Positions 35,960 through 45,708 of a DNA stretch of 64,000 bases are shown here, in pieces (position 1 is the stretch's first letter; each line of letters starts with the position of its first letter). Source of the DNA: Acutalibacteraceae bacterium. Its GTDB lineage: Bacteria > Bacillota > Clostridia > Oscillospirales > Acutalibacteraceae. The translations under genes were made by a program, and so were the position numbers. A model generated the notes under the pieces. It was not told the origin of the DNA, did not search any database, and was given only the letters and a program-made list of their open reading frames with translations. The stretch is taken from assembly GCA_045631965.1 (NCBI GenBank), contig JAZQVR010000010.1, positions 1 to 64,000 of the forward strand, given 5' to 3'.

Positions 35960-36904
35960 TCAGTTGTTGGAGTCAGCAGGAGCCTGAGGAGCTACGGGAG
36001 CCTGAGGAGCTACGGGAGCCTGAGGTGCTACAGGAGCCTGAGGTGCTACAGGAGCCTGAGGAGCTATGGGAGCATAGGGATTCTGGTATGCACCGGGCAC
36101 AGGATATGCTACGGGAGCAGGAGTCTTTTTCTTGAAAAACTTCTTGATATCAATTTCTTTTTCGGACTTATTGGCAAGCATAAAGAGTGCCATACCGATT
36201 GCAACCGAAATAAGTACGTTGAAGAAACCGCCGAAAAGTGAAACAATTGAAAGTGCCTCATCAGCATAAACCGGCATATATTCGCCATCGTCGAAAATTG
36301 CCCTGATAACGCCAAGAAGGAAGTAGCCGAATTTTCTTAACCAATCACAAAGGAAAACAGAAAAAGCTGCTACGCCTACAAACTTGAACATATCGGAAAA
36401 CTTCTTTGCAGCAATAAATGCACAAACTGCAAAAACGATAACGCTTACAAATGCGATATTAACATCGGAGAGCTCTATCATTGCGATTGACCAAAACTCA
36501 TGATCAAAAATATCACCGGTAACCTCGGCAAGTGCACCGTCTATTACACCGTCGCCAGCCCATTGATTGAATACATAAGCCTTTAAGTCATAAAGTCTGG
36601 CAAACAAATTCATAACTCCGCTGACTGCAAAAATGCAGATACCCATAAGAATATAGGGAAGAGTCAGGAATTCTTTAAAATCGACCTTGCCTTTTAAATC
36701 AAACTTTTTCTTGGGCGGTGCTGACACCGGAGCATACATAGGCTGAACAGGCGGCTGATAAGTCGGCTGAACAGGCGGAACGGGTTGAGCTGCCTGAACG
36801 GGTTGAGCTGCCTGAACGGGCTGAGCTGCCTGAACGGGTTGTGCAGGCTGGTTGGGCTGCAAAGATGGTGCTGCACTAAAATTAGGATTGAAATTGTTAT
36901 CCAT
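35960..36904 (-). CDS. Polytopic membrane protein with proline-rich repetitive N- and C-terminal tails
   Basis: N-terminus QPVQAAQPVQAAQPVQAAQPV, C-terminus (APQAPV)x5, central TM helices. Confidence 0.5.
   Translation of the reverse strand: MDNNFNPNFSAAPSLQPNQPAQPVQAAQPVQAAQPVQAAQPVPPVQPTYQPPVQPMYAPVSAPPKKKFDLKGKVDFKEFLTLPYILMGICIFAVSGVMNLFARLYDLKAYVFNQWAGDGVIDGALAEVTGDIFDHEFWSIAMIELSDVNIAFVSVIVFAVCAFIAAKKFSDMFKFVGVAAFSVFLCDWLRKFGYFLLGVIRAIFDDGEYMPVYADEALSIVSLFGGFFNVLISVAIGMALFMLANKSEKEIDIKKFFKKKTPAPVAYPVPGAYQNPYAPIAPQAPVAPQAPVAPQAPVAPQAPVAPQAPADSNN
35979..36068. repeat. 5 x 18-bp in-frame tandem repeat (ggagcctgaggagctacg and variants) encoding the C-terminal (APQAPV)n tail
   Basis: Direct inspection: units at 35979, 35997, 36015, 36033 and 36051, with 1-2 substitutions between units. 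Confidence 0.8.
36781..36852. repeat. 3-4 x 18-bp in-frame tandem repeat (cgggttgagctgcctgaa) encoding the N-terminal (QPVQAA)n tail
   Basis: Direct inspection: units at 36781, 36799 and 36817, and a degenerate unit at 36835. Confidence 0.75.
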
Positions 36905-37130
36905 ATTTTTACCTCCAAATACATTTTATTTAGATTATTATATAACTGCACTGTATATTTGTCAATAATTTACTGCTGTTCAACTCAAAAAAGCGCGTTT
37001 AATTATAGTCATTTACAACAAACGCCACATTTAAAAATGATTACTTTTGTATAAAATCTACATTCCGCTTGTAAATACACACTAATATATGTTATAATAT
37101 TAGATAATATTCAAACCAAGGAGTGATTCC

Positions 37131-39008
37131 GTGAGCAACCAGAAAAAGACCCTGTCTATAGACAAGGTCAAAAGCTTCGTTACTGAAATCAAAACTCATT
37201 GGCACACCCCTGCCGAAGGCAAGTATGTGCCGTACAAAGAGTACAAAGACGTTGTGCTTGCAGTCGGCAGTAACTACGCAGGTTCAAAGGTGCTTGAGTA
37301 CATAGGCTTCTTCTCAGCCTGTTACCTCATTATGCACCACTATCATCTGCCGTACCTTACTTTCTCAATCATCGGCATTATCAATATGCCGCTCGGTTAC
37401 ATATCGGCACTTATGTGGTGGCTTGTATGTGACAACCTCGGCTTTCTGCCAAAACGTACGGAGAAGAAATTTTACGGCGTATACTTTGCGATGATACTGT
37501 TCGGTGTATTTACGCTGACATTTGACTACACAGACACGATTGTCAATTACCTTGAATTAGGGCTGAACAATCTGGGGTCGTTACTTAACTTCTCGTGGCT
37601 TAAAACCATCAATCTGCCCGACTTCAACATTGACTACCCGTCACTTATCGGACAGAACTCAAAAGTTGTACGCTATCTGAACAGCCTTGACGGTATGGAC
37701 ACAACTGCATGCATCAAAGTTTTCGGCACGCACTTCCTCTATACCGGCTGGGTCGGTGCAAGAAATATATTCTGGCGCAAAAAGCTGCTGCCCAAGTACG
37801 GCAGATACAAATACTCACTATACTGCGATGTTATACCAAAGTGCGTAATGGTAATACTTATCGGCTGGCTTCCTGTTTACAACATATCAGACGTTGCAAC
37901 ACGTGTATGGGTAGCCAACCTGATGTTCGCAACTTATAACGTATTCGGATTTGCCAACAATATGGAAACCTGCACAAAGAGCATCAGCCCCAATCTGCAG
38001 GAAAGAATTTACGTACGAAGCTACCCTGTTAAGATTTCACATTTCTTCAACACGCTTGTCGGCATAGCAATGCCTATTGCTATCGGTATGCTCCGTAACG
38101 AGTGGGCTGATATCAACGTTTACCGCTATGTAATTCCGATAACATTCATCATTCTTGCAGCGATGACAATGATTTTTGCAGGCAGAATCAAAGAGAGAAT
38201 TCCGCAGCCGCCCGTTGAGAAAAAGGTTCAGATTAAATTCTGGGACGGTATGTTCGGTGTTCTCAAAAACAAATACCTGCTTATCAAAAACCTTGTTCAG
38301 CTTATTGACGCACTCGGCAACGGTATGCTGCCGTTTGTAACGGTTCTCTACTTCTATACGTTCCGCTTAAGCGGTCTGCCCTACAGCCTTATTGTTATGC
38401 TGATTTCGTTTGCAGGCACTCCGCCCGACCTCTTCTCTCCCTATTTCCTCAAGCGTTTCTCATACAAGCAGATTATGATTTTCTATCAGATTACACGAGC
38501 AATCGGCAACGCCGCAATAGTTGCCGCGATCTGGTTCTGCGGCGATAACCTTGTGCTTTGCGGTACAATCTGCGTTGTCGTACTCTTCTTTATGGAAATG
38601 ACAAAGACCGTACCCACAACCGCAGGTCACGATATGGATGTACGTATTGCAGACTACCAGATGTATATTTCGGGTGAAAGACTTGAAAGCTTTGCGGGTA
38701 TATTCGGCTGGTTTACAGGCCCGATAACCTCTTTCATAGGTCTGCTTATTCCTCTGTTCCTGCTCCGCTACGGCTTCAACAGCAACTGGGAAGTTCTCTT
38801 TGTCGATGCTTCCCGAAGAAGCATTATCGCAATACCGCTTATAGTAGATGTTGTCGGCTACATTCTTATGACAATTCCGTACTTCTTCTGGGACTACGAC
38901 AGCAAGAAACAGAATATGGTTATGGAAATGCTCAAGCGACGTGCCGAAGTAACAGAAAAGCAAGCTGAAGAAACCAACGAAAAGGTTTCGGGCGGCTACA
39001 CAGGTTAA
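37131..39008 (+). CDS. Large polytopic membrane protein (625 aa); possibly a GPH/MFS-type transporter
   Basis: At least 12 hydrophobic segments. The N-terminal region is loosely reminiscent of GPH-family symporters. No firm motif. Confidence 0.35.
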   Translation: MSNQKKTLSIDKVKSFVTEIKTHWHTPAEGKYVPYKEYKDVVLAVGSNYAGSKVLEYIGFFSACYLIMHHYHLPYLTFSIIGIINMPLGYISALMWWLVCDNLGFLPKRTEKKFYGVYFAMILFGVFTLTFDYTDTIVNYLELGLNNLGSLLNFSWLKTINLPDFNIDYPSLIGQNSKVVRYLNSLDGMDTTACIKVFGTHFLYTGWVGARNIFWRKKLLPKYGRYKYSLYCDVIPKCVMVILIGWLPVYNISDVATRVWVANLMFATYNVFGFANNMETCTKSISPNLQERIYVRSYPVKISHFFNTLVGIAMPIAIGMLRNEWADINVYRYVIPITFIILAAMTMIFAGRIKERIPQPPVEKKVQIKFWDGMFGVLKNKYLLIKNLVQLIDALGNGMLPFVTVLYFYTFRLSGLPYSLIVMLISFAGTPPDLFSPYFLKRFSYKQIMIFYQITRAIGNAAIVAAIWFCGDNLVLCGTICVVVLFFMEMTKTVPTTAGHDMDVRIADYQMYISGERLESFAGIFGWFTGPITSFIGLLIPLFLLRYGFNSNWEVLFVDASRRSIIAIPLIVDVVGYILMTIPYFFWDYDSKKQNMVMEMLKRRAEVTEKQAEETNEKVSGGYTG

Positions 39009-39026
39009 GGAAGGAGGCTGCAGAAT

Positions 39027-40256
39027 ATGAGCAAAAAAAGCAAAAAGAAAATAGATGCGGCTTCCGTTAACGAGCCTGAATTCAAGCTTGATATTCCGGA
39101 TGACAAAATCTGGACATATCAGATACCCGGTCTTGCCGCACCACATATCGGCAAACCGTTCAAGCACTTTGCACTCAAAAAGACCATTTTCACAATAACA
39201 GTCCTGCTCGCAGTCGGTCTTTCAATATATTTCAGTTTCCTTGCAATTGCAAACAAAGATACATTCGAGTATGAAGAGATATCTGCAGGCTCATATCGTC
39301 TTGCCAAATTCAGTAATACGGGTGAGCTGGAAGAAATTTATATCGACTACGTTACAAAAGTTGAGTTCAACCAGATAACAAAGGAATACGTTTTCAACAA
39401 GGATGAAAGCAAGAAAATCACTGAAATACGTGAATACGCACTCAACTGCGACGATAAGATTAAAACAATCTACATAGGCGCCGATGTACAGAAGATTGAC
39501 GGCAAATCGTTCTACTCCTGCTGGGCACTCGAAAACATCGAGGTTGACGAAAACAATCCTTACTACTGTGATATTGACGGTGTTCTTTACAACAAAGACA
39601 AGACCGTACTTATCAACTACCCCTGCAACCACGATGAATATCTCCGCAAAAAATACGGCTATAAAGAGGAAATGTACAGAGAAGATGTTACAGAGCAGTA
39701 CAGGCTCGATATCCAGACCTATGTTGTACCCTCTACCGTAACAACACTCGGCGAGCTTTGCTTCGCTTACACAAATATCAGAGATATTTATCTGCCCGAG
39801 GGCCTCGAGAGAATGGAAACACTCTCCGTATTCAAGCTCCATGAGCCGAAAGACCAATGGGGCAACACACCGTCGCTCGAAAACATTTACACCTACAAAG
39901 CAAACAGCGTAATCAGCGACACAAGCTACAAAGCAAAAGACAGCTTCAGCGAAATTTATCTTTCACTGCCCGAAGGTCTTAAATACATAGGCTCCGATGC
40001 ACTCAGCTACAATCAGGCTATGAGCTATATCTACATTCCCTCAAGCGTAACCGAAATCGGTCATCACGCATTCTGGGACGATGTTTACAAAGAGGATGAT
40101 CAGCTCAAAGGCTTATCAGCAATCAATGTAGCCGCAACCGAAGCTGAATTCGAAAAAGTCAAGCTCGGTGACCAATGGCGACCGCAGTACGACTATATGC
40201 TTTTCAAGAAGAGCATCGATGTAAACTACGGTGTCGAACGACAAGCAATAAACTAA
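39027..40256 (+). CDS. Cell-surface leucine-rich-repeat protein (BspA-type LRR_5) with N-terminal membrane anchor
   Basis: The motif NPYYCDIDGVLYNKDKTVLINYPCN and repeated 'ipssVt.IG..AF' segments are typical of BspA-like LRR_5 repeats. Confidence 0.6.
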   Translation: MSKKSKKKIDAASVNEPEFKLDIPDDKIWTYQIPGLAAPHIGKPFKHFALKKTIFTITVLLAVGLSIYFSFLAIANKDTFEYEEISAGSYRLAKFSNTGELEEIYIDYVTKVEFNQITKEYVFNKDESKKITEIREYALNCDDKIKTIYIGADVQKIDGKSFYSCWALENIEVDENNPYYCDIDGVLYNKDKTVLINYPCNHDEYLRKKYGYKEEMYREDVTEQYRLDIQTYVVPSTVTTLGELCFAYTNIRDIYLPEGLERMETLSVFKLHEPKDQWGNTPSLENIYTYKANSVISDTSYKAKDSFSEIYLSLPEGLKYIGSDALSYNQAMSYIYIPSSVTEIGHHAFWDDVYKEDDQLKGLSAINVAATEAEFEKVKLGDQWRPQYDYMLFKKSIDVNYGVERQAIN

Positions 40257-40296
40257 GTCAAAACCTCCGGCTAAGCCGGAGGTTTTGACTCTATAT
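40257..40296 (+). terminator. Rho-independent terminator
   Basis: gtcaaaacctccgg-ctaa-gccggaggttttgac followed by TCTATAT. Confidence 0.6.
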
Positions 40297-40469
40297 ATAA
40301 TAAATCTTGTGCGTTTGCCGTGTTTTTGCCCTCTCGCGGTACCTTTGTACAGCTTCGGGGTAAAGAACACGGCATCTCGTTGTCTTTCTCGAAGTCTGAC
40401 TTTTTTTATCCTTAATATTTACTTGAGTTTTTCTATGTGCTATAATACCGAAAAAGAGGTGTACTGTCA

Positions 40470-41234
40470 ATGAACATTGTTTTGCTTACCGCTGTCGGAG
40501 TCGGCGGCGCAACGCTTTTCGGCTCCGTAATCGGTTTTATCTTCAAAAGAATATCGCACAAATTTTCAGATATTATGCTCAGCTTTGCCGCAGGTATTAT
40601 GCTTGCCGCCGCAGTGCTCGGTCTGATTATGCCGTCACTCGAGCAAGGTATGAAACGCGGCACATTATACGGAATAATCATTTCGGTAGCAGGTATTTTC
40701 GCAGGTGCGGTTTGTCTTAACCTTATCGATAAGCTCGTACCTCACCTTCACAAACTTGCAGGCGATGACGCAGAGGCGCATAACAACAAGCAGCTCAGTA
40801 AAGTAATGCTGTTTGTAACGGCAATTGCAATACATAATCTGCCTGAGGGCCTTGCCGCAGGTGTCGGCTTCGGCTCAGGTGACACAACTCAGGCTTTACT
40901 CATCGCAGGCGCTATCGCGCTGCAGAATATACCCGAGGGTATGATAATCATCGGCCCGATGCTCGGTGCAGGTGTCAGCCTCAGGAAGGCGTTTGTGATT
41001 GCACTTATAACCGGATTTGTCGAGGTTGCCGGTACGCTTATCGGCTACTTTGCAATCACTATCTCTACCGCTGTTCTTCCCTTTGCCTTGAGCTTTGCAG
41101 GCGGTACAATGCTCTATGTAGTCAGTGACGAAATGATACCCGAAACTCACGCACACGGTAGCGAGCGAGGTGCAACCTATGCACTTCTCACGGGCTTCTG
41201 CGTAATGCTGATTTCAGACATTTTACTCGGATAA
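40470..41234 (+). CDS. zupT: ZIP-family metal (zinc) transporter, ZupT-like
   Basis: HNLPEGLAAGVGFGSG and HNLPEGM-like ZIP signatures. 254 aa, 8 TM helices. Confidence 0.75.
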   Translation: MNIVLLTAVGVGGATLFGSVIGFIFKRISHKFSDIMLSFAAGIMLAAAVLGLIMPSLEQGMKRGTLYGIIISVAGIFAGAVCLNLIDKLVPHLHKLAGDDAEAHNNKQLSKVMLFVTAIAIHNLPEGLAAGVGFGSGDTTQALLIAGAIALQNIPEGMIIIGPMLGAGVSLRKAFVIALITGFVEVAGTLIGYFAITISTAVLPFALSFAGGTMLYVVSDEMIPETHAHGSERGATYALLTGFCVMLISDILLG

Positions 41235-41240
41235 AAAGAG

Positions 41241-41273
41241 GGTTGCACCTGACAAAATCAGATGCAACCCTTT
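41241..41273. terminator. Bidirectional terminator between zupT and dfx
   Basis: agggttgcacctgacaaaatcagatgcaaccct hairpin followed by T-rich sequence. Confidence 0.55.
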
Positions 41274-41277
41274 AGTT

Positions 41278-41658
41278 TTACATTACGGTTTTCCAAAGGC
41301 CGTGTTTGTTGCAGTAGCTGTATACGGCAGTCGGCTTCTCATCGCAGAGCCTGAATTCAACCTCGGGCTTTTCATCGCTGATAAGGCACTTGCGCTGGCC
41401 GCCTCTGTCAGTTTGCAGATAAACCCAATTTATGCTGTGGTCGGTTTCCATAGGGTGCGGTACAGTGCCGACAGTTACTTTTACGCTGTCGCCGTTAACC
41501 TTTACAACAGGGCTGTGCTTTTCGCCGCCCTCGTTTTCGGTTGAAGCCTGCAGGTGCTCCATTTCACTGCCGCAGCACATAATCGGCACGCCTGCACCGT
41601 GTATAAGCCCCACAATATTGCCGCACTTACGGCAAAGATAAAACCTTGATTCACACAT
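41278..41658 (-). CDS. dfx: Desulfoferrodoxin (superoxide reductase, 2Fe class)
   Basis: N-terminal desulforedoxin CxxC...CC motif (CRKCGN...MCCGSEM) and neelaredoxin centre (HPMETDHSINW ... C..H). Confidence 0.85.
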   Translation of the reverse strand: MCESRFYLCRKCGNIVGLIHGAGVPIMCCGSEMEHLQASTENEGGEKHSPVVKVNGDSVKVTVGTVPHPMETDHSINWVYLQTDRGGQRKCLISDEKPEVEFRLCDEKPTAVYSYCNKHGLWKTVM

Positions 41659-41720
41659 TTAACATACCTCCTTTTGGAAATAGTATGCTTGAAAATTATT
41701 ACCTTATTCGGAGAAATGAT

Positions 41721-42215
41721 ATGAGCAAAGTTGAAACATTAATTCAGTATGCAAAAGTTTACTCTGACCCGCCCGAAGGTGTGCGTGAGGCAAGCCGTGC
41801 AATAATAATAAAAGACGGCAAAATACTGCTGACATATGAAACGAACACGGATGTTTATATGTCACCGGGCGGCGGTGTTGAGCCGGGTGAAACACTTGAA
41901 GAATGCTGCGTGCGTGAAATCCGCGAAGAAGCAGGATACACCGTAAAACCCTTGGAGCTTTTTGTAATCATCAACGAATACTGCTTTGAAACGCTTTATG
42001 TAAGCAACTACTTTGTTTGCGAAATCACGGAAAAAAGTGAACAAAAACTGACTGAAATTGAAATCGAGCACGGTGCAACACCCGTATGGCTTGACTTTGA
42101 TAAGGCGATTGAACTCTTTTCACACTACCCAGAAAAGCGTGAGGATATATCGAGCCTGTATCTGCGTGAGTACACTGTGCTCACCAAATACAAGGCTGAA
42201 AGGATAACAAAATGA
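41721..42215 (+). CDS. NUDIX hydrolase
   Basis: Nudix box GGGVEPGETLEECCVREIREEAGY. Start at ATG 41721 with the RBS GGAGAAA. Confidence 0.7.
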   Translation: MSKVETLIQYAKVYSDPPEGVREASRAIIIKDGKILLTYETNTDVYMSPGGGVEPGETLEECCVREIREEAGYTVKPLELFVIINEYCFETLYVSNYFVCEITEKSEQKLTEIEIEHGATPVWLDFDKAIELFSHYPEKREDISSLYLREYTVLTKYKAERITK

Positions 42216-42988
42216 AAATAACTGCACTTACGGAAAACACACCGCATAACAATAACATATCGGCCGAGCACGGACTCAGCCTTTATATCGAAACTCAAAA
42301 GCACAACATACTTTTTGACATGGGGCAGACCTCACTCTTTGCCGAAAACGCAGAAAAGCTCGGGATTGACCTTGCAAAAGTTGATATCGCCATACTCTCA
42401 CACGGACACTATGACCACGGCGGCGGACTCGGAAAATTCCTCGAAATCAATAAAACCGCACCGATATATATCAGCCGCCACGCCTTTGGTGACTATTACA
42501 ACGGCACGGAAAAATACATAGGTCTTGACAAAGCTTTGCAAAATGAAACGAGAATTATTTTTGTTGACGATGAATTTGAGATAGACAGCGAATTAAGTCT
42601 TTATTCCTGCAATAATAAAACCAAAAGTCACTACCTCGGCAGTTTCGGTCTGAATATGAAGCGTGACGGTGAATTTCTGCCCGATGATTTTATGCACGAG
42701 CAATATCTGCTTATAAACGAAAACGGCAAGCGTGTACTTATAAGCGGTTGCTCGCACAAAGGTGTAATGGATATAGTCGATTGGTTTGAGCCCGATTTTT
42801 TCATCGGCGGATTTCATTATTCAAAGCTTGAGCTCGACGAAAAGCTCGCAGAATACGCCGCAACTCTCGCATCGCATAAAACAGTCTACTTCACCTGCCA
42901 CTGCACAGGCACGGAGCAGTATGAATTTATGAAAAAATATATGCCGCAGTTGAGCTACCTCTCCTGCGGCGAAAGTATAAACTTATAA
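42212..42988 (+). CDS. MBL-fold metallo-hydrolase
   Basis: Motif ILSHGHYDHGGG (HxHxDH). Overlaps the NUDIX stop (ATGA). Confidence 0.65.
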   Translation: MKITALTENTPHNNNISAEHGLSLYIETQKHNILFDMGQTSLFAENAEKLGIDLAKVDIAILSHGHYDHGGGLGKFLEINKTAPIYISRHAFGDYYNGTEKYIGLDKALQNETRIIFVDDEFEIDSELSLYSCNNKTKSHYLGSFGLNMKRDGEFLPDDFMHEQYLLINENGKRVLISGCSHKGVMDIVDWFEPDFFIGGFHYSKLELDEKLAEYAATLASHKTVYFTCHCTGTEQYEFMKKYMPQLSYLSCGESINL

Positions 42989-43201
42989 TGCATTTGAGCA
43001 AACGCAAATCATACAAAACATTTTTTGCAAATCATAAAAAACTCAAACTCCAAAACATAGAAAAAATGGATCTCGATGTGTTTAACATTCAACAGCACCG
43101 CTGCTTAATTGAGGGATTAGAATGATTTGCTTCGCATGATTTGGCGTACCGCCATGATTTGTTGCTTGCAACATGATTCGAATTGATAAAACAATTCATT
43201 T

Positions 43202-44578
43202 TTAAAACATCATATTTTCAACAAACAAATCCGAAAAGAATACATCGGCTGAAAGGTCGATGTATTTTGTTTTTTCGGCAAGTGTTTTCAGGTCATTTTT
43301 ATCCGTTGCATATTTAACAGTGCCAAGCAGACTCGAATTGCCCAACGAAACACATCTGTCAGCAAACTCACAAGGCAGTAAACCTGTCGCAACAGCACTG
43401 TCAACATTGATTGCGGAAGAAAATCCGCCCGAAATATATACGGTTTCAACATCATCAGGTGTAATGGTGCAACACTTTACAAGCGACATAATCGCAGAGT
43501 AAACTGCAGACTTTGCAAGCTGATACTGCCTTATATCCTCCTGCGAAATATACACCCCCTCCGCAAGCTCAAAACGCTCACAAGGCATATATCCGCTACG
43601 GTCCATAATACCTTTTTCGAGAAGATACGCAACCGCATCAATGAGCCCCGTACCGCATATTCCGACAGCTTCAGCACCGCCTACGGTAGTTGCTTTGCCG
43701 CCTGAATATGCACAGATTGCCCCGCTGACAGCACCCATACCGCACGAAATACACGCCCCCTCAAAGCAAGGACCTGCGGCCGCAGACGTTGACACAGAGC
43801 CGTTTTTATTCATCAGCACTATCTCGGCATTAGTACCCAGGTCAACAAGCAGGCTGTATTTACCGTCTGACGGCATACCGACAAGATTCATACCTGCAAC
43901 GATATCGGCCCCGACAAAAGCCGACACACACGGCAGACTCTCAACCAAACCGACACCGACAATACCGAGCGAAGCCGCGTCGGCACATCTGCCCTCAAGA
44001 AAAGCAGGAGTATACGGTGCGACACCAAGCGAAGAACAGTCTTCGCCGAAGAGAATGTGAAGCATTGTTGTATTACCCGAAATGTAAAGCTTTTCGACTT
44101 TACAAGAGTTGATTCGGGCGATCATATTATTAATCTCATCAATCAGCACTTTCTGCAGATTTTCGGTTGAATTTTTGGTTGAGTAATCAATTCTTGATAT
44201 AACATCCGCACCGAAAGCACGCTGAGGATTGAGCGAATTTACCGTTCTGATAATTTTTTTATTCTTCAGCGAAACGAGAGCAAGAGCGAGAGTAGTAGTA
44301 CCTATATCAAGCACAAGGCAATATTTACCATCAAGAGTTTTTTCGAAATTCTCCTGTGCAGATACAGCCGTATTCACGGGCTCAACAGTAATATCGGAGT
44401 TGATTTCATATCGGCACGATAATTCTTCACGTCCGTTAACTATCACTTTGCACTTGCCGCAAACTCCCCTGCCGCCGCAAGGATGCTCAACTGCAATACC
44501 ACAACGCATCAGCACAGCCGACAGCTTTTCGCCGCCTTCGGCAAATAAAACCTTGCCGTTATAACAAACCTTGTACAT
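43202..44578 (-). CDS. [2Fe-2S] ferredoxin domain fused to ASKHA-fold domain (RACo-like corrinoid activation/regeneration protein, DUF4445-type)
   Basis: N-terminus CGGRGVCGKCKV...C (plant-type 2Fe-2S ligands), followed by a sugar-kinase/Hsp70/actin-like fold region with glycine-rich phosphate loops. Confidence 0.55.
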   Translation of the reverse strand: MYKVCYNGKVLFAEGGEKLSAVLMRCGIAVEHPCGGRGVCGKCKVIVNGREELSCRYEINSDITVEPVNTAVSAQENFEKTLDGKYCLVLDIGTTTLALALVSLKNKKIIRTVNSLNPQRAFGADVISRIDYSTKNSTENLQKVLIDEINNMIARINSCKVEKLYISGNTTMLHILFGEDCSSLGVAPYTPAFLEGRCADAASLGIVGVGLVESLPCVSAFVGADIVAGMNLVGMPSDGKYSLLVDLGTNAEIVLMNKNGSVSTSAAAGPCFEGACISCGMGAVSGAICAYSGGKATTVGGAEAVGICGTGLIDAVAYLLEKGIMDRSGYMPCERFELAEGVYISQEDIRQYQLAKSAVYSAIMSLVKCCTITPDDVETVYISGGFSSAINVDSAVATGLLPCEFADRCVSLGNSSLLGTVKYATDKNDLKTLAEKTKYIDLSADVFFSDLFVENMMF

Positions 44579-44663
44579 ACTCTCACCTCCACAAAAGTAT
44601 TATATCATAAACAATACCGTAAAATCAACGGAGACAACCCCAACGGGCTGTCTCCGTTCAACT

Positions 44664-45623
44664 TTAAGAAGCATTGGCCGCAAGAGATTCCATCTCCGCT
44701 TTATACTCTTCAAAGCTCACAAGCTCAATATCGCTATAATCCGTTTCAGATGTTACACCGCCTGCAAAATCTGTAAAGCGATATAATGTGCAACCGTTTG
44801 CAGCATTATAGAGTTGAGTATAGTCATCGTTAAAAACATACTCGCCGTCTTTGGCTATTGAACTCAAACCGCTTATTGACACACTGCGATTTGCAATATC
44901 AACACTGTAAGTTGCTCCGAAGTGCTCAACTTTATAATTATTCGATAATTTTCTGTAGGATGAAACGAACAGGTTTGATGCGCTGTCGTAATATGAGAGG
45001 AAACCAAAAAAGGTTACATCCTGCTGAGCTTTTTCAACAATTGACCTTTTTTTCAGGTCAAAAGACTCGCCCTTTTTCTGTATAGGATAATCATAGTCTG
45101 TCCATCTTTCGAAGATAAGTCTTGTTATAAGCTCATTATCCTCGCCGTAATTCACATTGTAAAACCTTGCTGTATCAGCACTGTCGCTGCCTAAAGAAGA
45201 AAAATAATCGGTAACCTCCAGGCAAGCCTCTCCTGCATCGTCTTTTACAAACACACACTTAAACATTTCCACATATTTATCTTCGCCATAAGGAGCATAT
45301 ATCGTTATCTTACCGTCGCTGTCTATAGCGTAAGGCATATCACCGCAGTCGCCGTTGGTTTGTTCAATTACAATACCGTCAAAATATTTGTTATCGATAG
45401 GTTTGAACAAAAAACTGTCCGCAAGAATACCGTTTTCACTTTCACCATCAGGATTACGCCAGAATCCGACGGATAAAGAAGCGATAAGTTCGCCTTGGCT
45501 GTTATTTTCTTGTGCGTTTGTCGTCTGTGTATCAGCCGCTGTGCCATTATCTTTTGAACAGCCGCAACAAAGCACGCCGAGTGTGAAAACCAAAGCAAAG
45601 AGAATTGATATAACTTTTTTCAT
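44664..45623 (-). CDS. Lipoprotein of unknown function
   Basis: Lipobox LGVLCCGCS followed by a polar secreted domain. Confidence 0.5.
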   Translation of the reverse strand: MKKVISILFALVFTLGVLCCGCSKDNGTAADTQTTNAQENNSQGELIASLSVGFWRNPDGESENGILADSFLFKPIDNKYFDGIVIEQTNGDCGDMPYAIDSDGKITIYAPYGEDKYVEMFKCVFVKDDAGEACLEVTDYFSSLGSDSADTARFYNVNYGEDNELITRLIFERWTDYDYPIQKKGESFDLKKRSIVEKAQQDVTFFGFLSYYDSASNLFVSSYRKLSNNYKVEHFGATYSVDIANRSVSISGLSSIAKDGEYVFNDDYTQLYNAANGCTLYRFTDFAGGVTSETDYSDIELVSFEEYKAEMESLAANAS

Positions 45624-45708
45624 ATTTCGCTACCTCTTTTTAGACTACACAAAATTTTCACTGTGATTATTATACACTTGTCTTTATCTGTGTTCAATAG
45701 CTTTTAAT

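Noticed and set aside
35979-36852. Regularly spaced 18-bp direct repeats that could be mistaken for a CRISPR array
   Set aside because: The repeats are contiguous (no spacers), in-frame inside a coding sequence, and encode APQAPV / QPVQAA peptide repeats. No cas genes are present.
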